A stretch of DNA of 64,000 nt from Azolla caroliniana. Its lineage: Eukaryota > Plantae > Polypodiophyta. Below the pieces are notes generated by a model. It ran no database searches. It worked only from the letters and a program-made list of their open reading frames with translations, and was not told where the DNA came from. Positions 1 through 11,414 of the stretch are shown here, piece after piece (the stretch's first letter is position 1; each line of letters begins with the position of its first letter). The translations under genes and the position numbers were made by a program. The DNA lies in NCBI GenBank assembly GCA_043228905.1, contig JBHGNT010000002.1, forward strand, positions 10,230,001 through 10,294,000, given 5' to 3'.

Positions 1-1254
1 TCCATGTTATAGCATGCACCCGTGTTATACACACATGCACGTATTTACATATAGATAGATCGATAGATATTTATATATTGATACACTGATGTGGAGAGAT
101 TAAAAATGTAACAAGTCTTGATTCTTGATTTTAAGATTTTGCAAAGAAGAGAATACCTTGATTTCCATCTTAAGCTTTTTATTGGATTCATCCAGGATTG
201 GAAGGAAGGCTTTTACTCTATTGAGAACTTCAAAAAAACAAATGAAATATTGAAAAAGTCGGAAATCTCAAAAGCAATGATGAAAATTAAGTAAAAATCA
301 CTTCCTATTCTCATAATTAAATAATAAATATTTACCATTGCTTTCACCTAAGTTCTGTAAGAAGTCCTGAGCATTTTTCTTCTTGTCCATATTCTTTTCT
401 TTTTCTTTGCAAATAGAGAGTAACTTTGATCCTACATTTTGTCATGATAGAATGAGGAAGAAAAGCAGGGGGCAGAAGGCAGAAAGCAAAAGAAAAATAA
501 CAAAGGGAGAAAAATATACCTGGAATGGGAGAAGTATAATCGCTGTGCTCCAGACGCAGAAGGTCCTTGTTTCCATCCGAAACCTGATTTCCTAGAGAAA
601 CCATAGAGGGTATAGAGAGGAAACAAAAAGAGGCAGAAAGAAAGAAAGATATAATAACGTTTTGTAAGAGGCCAACATGGCCTATAAGACCAAACAAGAG
701 ATTACATCTTAAGTGTTGTCTCGTCTTTGAGAACAACAAAAGAGAGAGAGACATAGGGGGCAGGGGTTTTGAAGGGCGAATGAGGCTAGGGTTCAGAAAA
801 TAAGGTTTTGGTTAAACTACATAAATAGCCTCTCCAGCTCCTCCTCTTTTTCCTCCATCCTCACCAACTAAACAACCAAGGTCAAAGAGATTGTCACTAG
901 CAGTAGTATTAGTAGAAGTACTAGTAGTATTAGTAAGAACCCTGAAATGAAGTGATAATCGATCGTCTCAATGCTCCTCCTCTTGCTACCTCCTGCCTCA
1001 AGACTTAACACTTCTACTCGGCTTGCTACATGAACTCCAAGGCTTCCCCACTCAATGTGTTGTCATAGGTTTTAATGGAGGCCATCTTGTCCAACTAGTT
1101 ACCATCTGTACAAAATGGGAAGGGAGGAGTGATTGTAATTTGTTGGATGTTTTCATTCCCTTCCCGTGACATATACGTATTGTTTAATCATATAATATAT
1201 ATAATAATATGTACAATTGAGTCACCTCAAGGAGAATTAAATATGTTTTCGACA

Positions 1255-1460
1255 CTAGAGTCTTATACTCACTCTTCCAAGCCCAGGAACTCTTTGCATA
1301 TCCAAACTAGGAACCCTCTCTCTACTCACTCTTCCAAGACTAGAAACTTTCTCTATACTAAACCCCTCCAATCCTAGGAACTTGTCATCTCTTACACAAC
1401 ATCTAATCTCGAATCTTATACTCATCATTCCAAGCCTAGGAACTCACCATCTCTTGTGCA
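1255..1460. repeat. Degenerate short tandem-like repeat (core TCTTATACTCACTCTTCCAAGCCyAGGAACTC, 3-4 imperfect copies)
   Basis: Motif recurs near 1261, 1321 and 1414. Confidence 0.5.
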
Positions 1461-2744
1461 TCATCATGTTAGAAATTCCTAACAATGACATTGATGAGTG
1501 ATGTCTCGATGCAACTCTCCTACTATCATTGGACGAAGTCATTTGCCAACCAGTTTATTGTGTGGACTGGTTCCCTTAGCATTGGCCTTTATCGAGCAAA
1601 AAAGGGATGATGTGCCTAGGTGTTCTATAATTAAGGGAATGGTTGTTCCCTAATTGGTGGAATAACAATGTTGCATCTCAATCATGGTAATATTATAGCC
1701 ATAACCTTACAGACAAATTGTATAGCTAATTTTAAAGGGTTACGGGTAGGATAATTGGTTTCCCCAATTATCCTAGTGTCTGGAACAAACCCATAACGAT
1801 CTATGACATGTGGGAACATGTGGTGGTTTGGGAGCCTTAGGTGCTTGGTTATATAAAGGAGATCAACTATACCTTTCATCAAGACATCTTCAGACACTAT
1901 CAATACTCTATTGTTGAGTCTAATCTCTCTTATTCAACTACCAAGGTATAACATAATGTAATATTTTGTGGTATGTAACAGGTCCAATGGTATTTTATGT
2001 TTGTCTCATCTCCTTCGCTCAAGGGTGGCATGTATGGTTAAAACACAATTATTCTTTTGCTCGTCATTAATTCAATCTATAATAGGTAAGGGTTTTAAAG
2101 TAAACCTTGCAACCTCCATTAGGTCATTGAGGGTTGGGACAAATTAGTTGACGAGGGTTCCTCCCAAAACATATAAAAAGGAGAGGATATCTCATTATTT
2201 GGGGGGAATTTTGGATGAAGGTGGAAACGTTGTTGGAATTTTGAACGAACTCGGGGTAGCGAATCAAGTGGGTGTTTGAGATTACCAATGACAAGAGGCA
2301 ATGAAGTTGTCTCACTGGTCTTTTGAACCAAATTTCAAGGATTCCCCTTTAAAGCTCTACCCACTTAATATAAAATCTCTATCTTGCCGGGGATAACGGC
2401 CCCAAGGACTAGTATATTTTGACTTCCATGTGAAAACTCTCTTTGAGAGCTTTCTAGACATACTTTTGCTATATCTTTGGCCCTAATTTGAGGGGTTACA
2501 AGCATTTACATTATTTTTACAACTTTTGGTCATTGGCCATGTGTGAACATGCCAAAATGACCTAAAAGCTACTTATGAATAATAATTAGTCCCAAACCTC
2601 TCATAACGAGATAGGGACTTTTAGCGGCTAGGGTTTCCTCTCCATTTCTCTAAACAAATTTTCTACTTTCTCTTTACTCACATAGCAACCCACTCCCTTA
2701 GGGTTTTGGAGCTAACCACACAATCACATCATCTCTATTTCAAC

Positions 2745-2756
2745 TAGTATCAAAGC
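2745..2756 (+). promoter_or_regulatory. Degenerate tRNA-iMet primer-binding site of a truncated Copia-like remnant
   Basis: TAGTATCAAAGC (cf. TGGTATCAGAGC) after a CA-ending LTR-like segment; same variant as the PBS of element B at 14770; followed by a short gag-like start (IKRYEGNGF). Confidence 0.45.
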
Positions 2757-2894
2757 GAGAGTTTCACCATGAAGAATTTCTGTCTCATCAAGTGATTGTG
2801 CATAGAGCAAGTGGTTTTACCTTTTCTGTTGATTTTCTTTTAAACTATGACTACTATCCCACCTGATTTCAAAAGCTTCCTTGAGATTAAGAGA

Positions 2895-4330
2895 TATGAA
2901 GGTAACGGTTTTGTTCATCGCATTCATGATATGATCCATCAAGTTAGTTTCTCCTTGCAATAGCATATACATCCTTACTAACCCAATCGGATTTCACATT
3001 GTGGTAATATCTTGGCGATCTAAGGCCAACTGAAACTTTTCATAATTTGAATAATGGTCTCTGGTCGAGTAAATCAGCCTGCCTATGAAGGCTTTAGCGA
3101 ATTAATCCACGCAAAGCATGATTCCAACATTATGGATGGCAACTTTATTTACTTGTGGTGAACTTGGATGAATCGTAGTATTCCGCTCTTTTTGGAGACC
3201 ACGAAACATCTATTCGAGTTTCCATTCGAGTTGTTACAATATATGGCTCTCTGAGGATGATAGTGTGGGATGCTAACTCTTGCACAAAGAAGTGTTGGTT
3301 TAGCTCAATGTAACCAATCTTGACTTCACATTAGGGCAATCTCCATGAAGTTCTTTTGTTGCCCTTGTTGCGAACCGAATCTTCCACCCATGCCCGGTGT
3401 TGATGAACCATCGTCCCTTTTGTAGAAGTCTAAGGACAGAGATTGATCTTTGAGCCGTGATCAATCAACGGTACCACCGGTTCTTTCAAATCCTCAATTC
3501 AAACTAGGGTCTCTGTTGTAGCTTGGGCCCAATGTGGCCTTCTATCAAGATTGTCAACATATTCTTTCTCAACTTCAAGAACCTCTGTCATGATAGCATT
3601 CATTAAGACATTCATGGGTCTCAATCCATCTTCTAAGATAAATTGCCTCATCCTCTTCATTAAGAGGATAATGACATCATGGAACTCCTTTTTGGCAATT
3701 CCGAGAATTTCTTGAAGTGAGAATTCCAGTCAACTATCCAAGATCCTTTATTCCATCACCCACTTAAAGTTAATGATTTGCTCTATTCCTTTCTTTCCTT
3801 CTTTCATTCATCATTTGGGTCAACATTGTTTCTTCCTTCGTTAGCTAGCTTCTCTTATATCATGTTTCTTTGAAGGGCTCACCTGCTCATCTAATTTGTT
3901 CCTCTGTTATGCAATAAGAACTTCATAGTTCTTGCATATGGCCTCAACAAGGCTTGTCTTCTCATCTATAGGATTATTCCACTCTATCATTGCTTTAACT
4001 GTTTTCTTGGCTTCATAAACCTCGTCCATTCGGAGCTTCCCTTTTCCAACATGTTCAAGAATAATTGTCCAAAATTCTCCTTCACACGGAGCCTTGGCCT
4101 CTCATATAATGTCCAACCCAAATTCCAACTGACATGGAATAATTGGTGCTACGAACATTCTTCTCCTCCGAATCCTCCATCAACTTCTTCAACCAAAATT
4201 AGTGCCCAAGGGTCATCATGTATTCAAAGAATGGATTCGGTTGTCAGCAATGTAAATGATGTTTTGCCGAAGAGTGCTTTCAAAGTCTGCATAATCCCTT
4301 CTTTGATGGTCAACGAAATTGCACCACATA
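2895..4330 (-). pseudogene. Highly degenerate Ty3/Gypsy gag-protease-RT remnant of the same family as element C
   Basis: Minus-strand manual translation gives fragments LEFSLQEILGIAKKEFHD (gag C-term), LIDHGSKINL (protease) and YSNYEKFQLALDRQDITTM (RT), matching element C; many stops and deletions. Confidence 0.7.
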
Positions 4331-4408
4331 CATCTTCGAGCTAGATTAGATCAAAGATCAAGGAAGTTTCGTCCTTCATCTCTTCTAGTTGAGCAATTTG
4401 TTGGACAA

Positions 4409-4765
4409 TGTTGAGCAAACAAGCTCAACAGGATCTAGATCTGTGTCCAGAACCAAGAGCCGGATCAGATTGTAACTGGTAGGCCGTTAGAGGCCTACAA
4501 TCTTAGCCTAGTATGTAGGCATATTCCTTGGAGTTAGTGTTAGTCGCTCGTATGAGCATTGAAGTGCTTGTTAGTACTTCTATCAATCCTTTTAAGGACT
4601 TGTAAAAAAAGTGTTTTGTAGAACATTTGTATGTACAAAGTGTTATTATTTTGAATAGAAGTTCTATTCTGATCTCTCTATCTTTGCCGTGTATTCTTTG
4701 TGTGTTTTCAAGCTTCCATTAAACCTTGTCTCTGTTTTCCTGTTGGTATCCGATAGAGTCAGGTT
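4409..4765 (+). repeat. 5' LTR of Copia F, first part (split by insertion of A)
   Basis: Starts TGTTGAGCAAACAAGCTCAAC; similar to LTRs at 4766, 31189 and 61724; resumes at 31664 and ends ACA at 31697 before a PBS. Confidence 0.75.
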
Positions 4766-5262
4766 TGTTGAGAGACAAGCTCAACATTCGTGCATAATAC
4801 GATGCGTAACCCAGTGCGTAGACAGGGTGTGTAAATTGGTATGCACAACATGGCCGGATCGGCTGTGCAAGCCGAGAACCGGATCGGTTGGGACCGATCG
4901 GTTAGGCCGGACCGATGCGTAAATCGGTATGCATAACATGGCTGTATCAATGTGTAAACCGGAAGGCCGTTAGGAAGATATTCTTTGTAAGGAATCATTT
5001 TGGGAGTTAGCGTAGTAGGCTCATTTATGAGCGGTCAAGTACTGTTAGTACTTGTGTCAGCCCTATTGTTAGGGCTTGTATAAAAGGTGCTCACTGAGCA
5101 CGGTGTATGTACAGATTGAGTATTATTTTTGAATTGAGTTTTTGTGTGTTCTCTCTCTCTCTCTCTCTCTCTTTCCCGCGTACTGTGTACAATCTAAGCT
5201 CTCCATTAAACCTATATTTCTGAGTTCGCTTATCTATTGCTTCCGCACGCTATTCTTTTACA
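4766..5262 (+). repeat. 5' LTR of Copia A
   Basis: TGTTGAGAGAC...CTTTTACA; near-identical copy at 31189-31663; TATAAAA and CT microsatellite inside. Confidence 0.92.
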
Positions 5263-5274
5263 TGGTATCAGAGC
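5263..5274 (+). promoter_or_regulatory. PBS (tRNA-iMet) of Copia A
   Basis: TGGTATCAGAGC immediately after the LTR. Confidence 0.92.
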
Positions 5275-5346
5275 GCGAGGGTTGAGAACCTCTGCAGCCG
5301 ATATAGCTTGAAGGGAAAACCAACCAAGAAGAATAGGTAAAACCAA

Positions 5347-7145
5347 TGGATAGAGGCATGGCTAGCTTGCTTTCGACGGAGAAGCTCGACAGAAACAACT
5401 ACGCGTCTTGGTCCTACAATATGCACCAGTACCTGCTCGGGCATGGTTACTAGAGCTATGTCGACAGAGCAAATGACACAACACCCGAATCGACACACAG
5501 AGATTTCTCGGCGTGGGAACAGTCGGTGAGCAGAGTACTGTACTACTTCGCGTCTTGTGTGGGCGAACAACTTTTGAGCTATATTCGGAATGTGAAAACG
5601 CCAAAGGATACTTGGGGAAATCTGAAGAAGATTTTCGCCGCAAGCACCATAGTCAGGAAGCTTCAACTCCAACAGGAGCTGAGCAACTTACGACAACGCG
5701 ACTTGTCGGTGGCTGATTACACCTCAAAGATCAAAGAGATATGCGACTCCTTAGCCTCTATCGATGTGAATGTTGAGGAAGGCGAGATGGTGCAGATTTG
5801 TCTCGGGGGACTTGCGTCGAAGTTCGGAGCATTCCGAATTGTTGTGTGTACACGGGAGAATACACCGTCGTTTTTCGACTTGTAGTCAATGCTCCTTATA
5901 GAGGAGAACCACGCGGGTGCGTCGACAAGCACGCATGCCGATAGCAAGATGCTATACACGCAGAGAGATAGGCCCAGTGGTCGTGGAGGACGAGGCGAGT
6001 TGGTGCGCAATGGAGGCGGCCGACAGGATCACGGAAGAAGGCACCGAAGTGATGCCGATAGCAATTCCAGACCCTCCGGAAACAGGGGGAGTCGAGGCGA
6101 CGCGAATCGGCAAGGGAAATCCTTTGAGGAATTCTGGTACTGTGGCAAGAAAGGCCACAAGGACAGTGAGTGCTGGAAGAAGCGTGCCGATTCAGAGAGG
6201 ACCGGATCCGGATCAGGTTCCGGACAAACCAACAAAGGAAATCGGCAACGATCGCACTACGCCGCAGGGTCCGGAAAAGCCGGGAAAGGGTTAGCCTTTG
6301 TGACAAGACACGAAGCGAACTCGATGAAGATGTCCACCCCGAAATCGGATGAGGTGTGGTACGTCGACTCCAGTGCGTCAAACCACATGACGTGCCACGA
6401 GGAGTGGTTCTCATACCTTGAGAAACCGATGCAACCGGGAGTAGTCACAACTAGAGACGACACTCCGCATCCGATTGCGAATGTCGGTGAAGTTCCCCTG
6501 AGCTATGTCGGGCAGAAAGGGAAACTCATGAACGTGTTACACGTCCCCACAATCACGAAGAATCTGGTGTCGGTCGGGTAGATCGTCGACCAGGGGATGC
6601 AAGTCAGGTTCACGCATCTCGGGTGCTTCATCGAAGAAGAAGGCCGAGTTATTGCGCAAGGGCGCAGAGACGGGAGGATGTTTATCCTCGACTCTAGTGA
6701 CGGTGGCACCGCAATGTTCGTGAAAGGACAAAAAGTCAAGTCGGATGTTGACTTATGGCACAAGTGGATAGGCCACGTCAACTATCAATGGCTTGGACCT
6801 GCAATCGAAACATGTGGTGTTCGGATTGCCCAAATTTAGTGGCCGAAAGGCACGAATTTGTGAAGCCTGCCAACTCCTTTCCCTAATGAGCGTAACCGGA
6901 GCCAGAACAAGCTCGACTTGATACATTCCGATGTATGGGGGCCGGCATAGAACGTTAGTCGGAGTCGATATTTTGTCTCCTTCATCGACGACTATACGCG
7001 GCACACATGAATCTATCTCATTGAGAAGAAGAGTGAAGTCTTTGACTATTTCTGGGACCTCAAAGGGTTCGTGGAAACATAAATAGGATGGAAGATCAAG
7101 TGCTTGCAGTCGGATGGCGAAAAAGAGTACTTTTCCGGTCAATTC
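5347..7145 (+). pseudogene. Copia A gag-protease-N-terminal integrase, with premature stops
   Basis: EKLDRNNYASWS, UBN2-type gag (ORF 5526-5885), knuckle (W)WYCGKKGHKDSEC, protease WYVDSSASNHM, pre-integrase LWHKWIGH, integrase HSDVWGP. Confidence 0.9.
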
Positions 7146-7185
7146 TGTTAGGATCTCGGTCCCTCCAAATGGGATACGAAGGCCC

Positions 7186-7332
7186 GGCATCGGAAGACCC
7201 TGTGAGAACCGGATGTGGAGTACCCGGCAACGGAAGACCCGGTGAGAACCGGATGACGAGTGCCCAGCAACGGAAGACCCGGTGAGAACCGAATGTGGAG
7301 TACCCGACAACGGAAGACCCGGTGAGAACAGG
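7186..7332 (+). repeat. 40-bp tandem array in LTR of B (CGGCAACGGAAGACCCGGTGAGAACCGGATGTGGAGTACC variants)
   Basis: About 4 copies here, continuing at 14234-14300 and repeated at 27690-27830. Confidence 0.85.
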
Positions 7333-7988
7333 TGTCACGAAGTTTCGTGTTCGCGTGTAGGAAGAGGCGGGACCACGGGGGTCTTGAACCAAGGAGAGAG
7401 TGAGAGAGAGAGAGAGTTGTAGATACACAGAAGGAAAACAAGAGCAAGAAACAGGAATCCGATTACTATAATCCGTAGCTTACAACTCGAACAGTTACAA
7501 CTGGCAAACCGGTAATGGACCTGACACGGGGTCCTACTCACGCACACAGACGACAGCCACTTGACTCGAAGAAACAAAAGAAAAAGGGGGGAGAGCCTCT
7601 GTTGGAAGCACACGGGGTGTCCACGAAGCAGAGGCAGCGAACTCCCGACACCCACAAAGAACGACGATCGGAGGAGAGAGAGCTCGACACTCGGTTCTGT
7701 AGCAACACTTCCACCTCACCAACGCGCGATACCCTTTCTTCCTTCTCTCCCTCCTTAAATAGTTCGCCAAGGGGAGACCGTTCTTCCCTAGTCAAATCGC
7801 TTTATTCCCTGTCCCTTTCGACAGAGATACGCACCAATCCTCTAATAAATATGTACTACCTAGTATTTACATCAGCCGACCTAATTATGAATTATGTCCA
7901 CAATATCAATTCTTGCGTCCGCCTATGTAAGAGCCAGTTCATGCACCTTTTTCTCCGATTCCGCCTATGGCCGGTTTTCTTCACGACA
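7333..7988 (-). repeat. 3' LTR of Gypsy C
   Basis: TGTCACGAAG...CTTCACGACA; near-identical to 13573-14233. Confidence 0.92.
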
Positions 7989-8035
7989 TCCATCGGCATG
8001 CGCCAGAGACGGGTAGATACCGAAAAAAACCGGCT

Positions 8036-11000
8036 TCACTCGTCGCTCTCCGATTCTTCGCCGGGCCCGAACTGATCGTCGTCGTCACTCTCGTCCACGC
8101 CCTCCGGGTTCGGCTCGTCCTCGAATTGCTTCTTGAACGCTTTGATCTGCTTCCCGGCCACCGGTACTGCTAACTGTGTCCCGTTGAGTTCCGCTAGCTG
8201 GTACGTGCCGTTATCGTTCGCGCTCGTCATCGTGTAGGGCCCGAACCATCTTCTCGCGAACTTTCGCACCGCCTTGTGCTAATTGTCGAGGCTGCTGTTG
8301 TACACCAAGACTTAGTCGCCTTCCTTGATCTTCTTTGGTCTCCCTTTTCATGTCCTCCGGCCTCCGCTCGAGTTGCCGAATCCGCACCGCCAGCAACTCC
8401 TCCCGACTCATCTCGTCCTTCCAATCTACCGCCGCCCACGAAGATACCGTCCGTTCCACTGGCATGATCGGCTTCTGTCCATACATCAGCTCTGCCGGCA
8501 TAAACCCTGTCACCGAACTGTGCGTAGTTTGGTCCGCCTATAATGCATAAGGAAGGAGCCACGGCCAATTCCCGACCTGCCCTCCGCATGCATGCACTAA
8601 CGCCTTTACGATCGGCCCGTGCCCACGTTCTACCTTCCCGTTCGCCTCCGGATTGTACGCCATAGTGAGGGAGAGTTTGACCCCTAGCCGGTCGAACAAC
8701 TCCTCAGCTTCCCGCACATCCAGCTCTCCCCGGTCCGCCACGATCCTCCCGACGCACCCGTACCGACACACTACCTCTTCGATCAAGAACCGGCATACTG
8801 CCGCAGTTGTCTTGTTCTGCAGTGCACGGCCTTCCACCTGGTTCGTTAAGTCTTCCCGCACAAGCACCAGGTATTGCATCTGTCCTACTCCCATCGGCAT
8901 CGTCACCAAGTCTACCATCCACTTGAAATGGACCGTAGGTGGGTAGGTCGGGTGTAGCTCTTCCCAATGTCAGACTACGGAGTGCATCTGACAACTTTCG
9001 CAAGTCGTTACGAACCGATGCACGTCTCGGTACAGCCCTGGCCACTAGTACTTCTCCTTCAGCTTCTCGAATGTGGCCCACGTTCCGCGGTGCCCGACCC
9101 AGGGACTCTCGTGAAATGCCGCCAGTAATTCCTCCTGTTCTTCTTTCTTTGCCACTACTCGGAGTGGGATGTCGTTTCTTTTCTTTGGGTGCCTCCATAT
9201 GCACCCGTCCTGTAGGAAGAATCGGTACGCCTTCTTCCGTACCTGGCTCGCCTCTTCTCTCGTCCACGCTGCGTCCGGCGTCATCGCCCGTAGGAACCTC
9301 CCGATTTGGAGCCACTCCCCGTCATACCTGCTTTCGTCAAATTCGTTAAGCGCCAGAGTGTCCCTTTCCTCGTCGTCACGTTAGCCGACCTGAAGAAGTC
9401 CTCGCTGACTTCTTCGTCGTTGAACCTCGCTCTCGAAAGCATGTCGGCCATGGCGTTATCTTTTCCGGAGATGTGCCGTATCTCCGGGTTCAGGGACTTA
9501 ATGTACGCTATCCACCGGAGCATTGCTAGGTCCGGCGTCGCGCATTCGGAAACCATGCCGAGTATCGGCAGGCAGTCCGTCTCGATGATCACTTCTGTCC
9601 CGATCAGATAGTCCTTGTCGGCATTGACTGCCGAAACGATACAGCTCGCGCTTAACTTGGGCGTATCCTCGCTGCCGCTCGCTCAATACCTTCGCCCCAA
9701 ACCGGATCGGGAATCGTACGCCTTCCTTGTCCTCCTGACTGATTACCCACTTGATCCCGGTCGGGCTCATGTCCACCGTCACGCAAATGGGGACATCCTT
9801 GCCGTAAACCGCTTTTCGGAGATCCGGTGCTATCGTAAGCGCCTCCTTTAGTCTCCGGACTGACTCTGTGTGCTCCGTCCTCCACTCAAAGCTACGGCCC
9901 CTTTTCAATAGTCCGTAGAGGGGTTCCACGACATGTGTGTAGTGCGGGATCCAAATGTGGTAGAACGCGCATGCACCCAAGAATTTGCGGACCTCCGTAA
10001 CCGACTTGCAATCGTTCCTCATCGCGGAGATGGCCTCTACCTTTGCCGGAGACGGTTTCCTACCGTAAGGCCCGCACAGGTGTCCGACCACCAGGATCTC
10101 CGACTGCCCAAACGCCGATTTTTCTTCGGAGAAGGTGAGTCGTGCACTCTCGAGCCTCTGCAGCACCTTCTCGTAGTCGTTGATGTGGTTCACGAAGAAC
10201 CTCCGACATCCGTCTGGGCCGACAATCTCGTCCGCATCTTCCACCGGACACCCCTTTATCGGGATGTCGTCCAAGAATGGCATGGTGATGTCCGGGATGC
10301 AGTCCCTCAGCATTTTGTTCATTGCGTTCACCATATGCACCACCAAATTCGTCCCGCATTGTGGTAGGGTACACATCTGTACTAGGCCGAGAGGAGTTCG
10401 CATTGTCGTGATATCCCTGCTCTCCACATCTAGCTGGAACTGGTCGTACCCCGAGTATAAGTCACCGAACAAATAGATCGACCTTCCAGCGAACGCCTCC
10501 GCGAACTCTTCTATGGTCGTTCCGATTCCTGCATTACGGATGGTCACCCTGTTGACTGACTGTAGGTCCTGAATGAAGCGCAGCGTGCCGTTCTTCTTCG
10601 GCACCGTAAACCAACGATTCAAATATGGGGCACTTAGTGGTTCTAGGATGCCCATCTCCACCTCTTGCTTCAAAAGCTCCATCAACTTTGGGTTGTGAGC
10701 TCTCAGCACCGGAATCGGTATGAGATTCCACGGTACATGCGGTACCGTGAAGATCACCATCGGTTCGACGATCGTCGGGTCCACGCACCCGATCTCCTCC
10801 GGTGAGAACGTGAAGGCTTTCCCATGCCTTCCGAGCATTCTCCGAAACCTGTCCTCCTTCGTCGGCAGTAGGAAGCCATCCCCACTGACCTTGAGCTCCC
10901 GTAGCGTTATGTCGGTGAACCGGTGCCCTATGCCAGCCGGATTCCGTAAACTTGGGTCTGACGCGACCCCTTTTATCCACTCCTCGCTGCCCTCCGGCAA

Positions 11001-11414
11001 GGGTGCCGCGACTGGCCTCACCTTCCGCTCCACAATCTTGTACTTTGTATCCTCGCGGGTCATCCGATCCGACTTGATCCTTTCCCCGAAGTCCGCGATG
11101 ACTTCGTACATTCCCATTGAACTAACCGGAACGGTCCGGTCTTCTCTAAGGTCTTCACCGATCACCTTTCGCAACTCGCCCAAGGTCTCGTCAAAAGAGA
11201 CCGCCTCCATGACGCCGCTGATTTCTTCATCGGGGGAGAGGACTCTGCATCCCTTGAGCCGCTCCTCCGCTCGTTTCCTCTCCCGGCCGCTGACGCCGGC
11301 TATAGTACAACCTCCGCTTTCGGAGAACCAAAACTTCCTACCTACTATACATGTGTGGGTTTCTTCCGGTACGTTCGGACTACCGCGGCTCCACGCCTTG
11401 ATAGCCCTCTCTAA
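8036..11414 (-). pseudogene. Gypsy C pol (RT-RNase H-integrase), frameshifted and with stops in the 3' half
   Basis: ORF 9498-11210 RT (RFIQDLQ, DLYSGYDQ, FLDD), RNase H ORF 9281-9592, HHCC zinc finger 9045-9284, integrase core 8538-8918 (ADRGE, NPEANGKVER), GPY/F 8036-8269; frame open up to the gag stop. Confidence 0.9.

Noticed and set aside
1-2740. Host gene or defined element in the first 2.7 kb
   Set aside because: Only short low-complexity ORFs and faint retroelement-like fragments; boundaries cannot be supported
7515-8075. 186-aa ORF, repeated at 13759-14175
   Set aside because: Lies within the LTR on the antisense strand; frame not conserved between the two LTR copies
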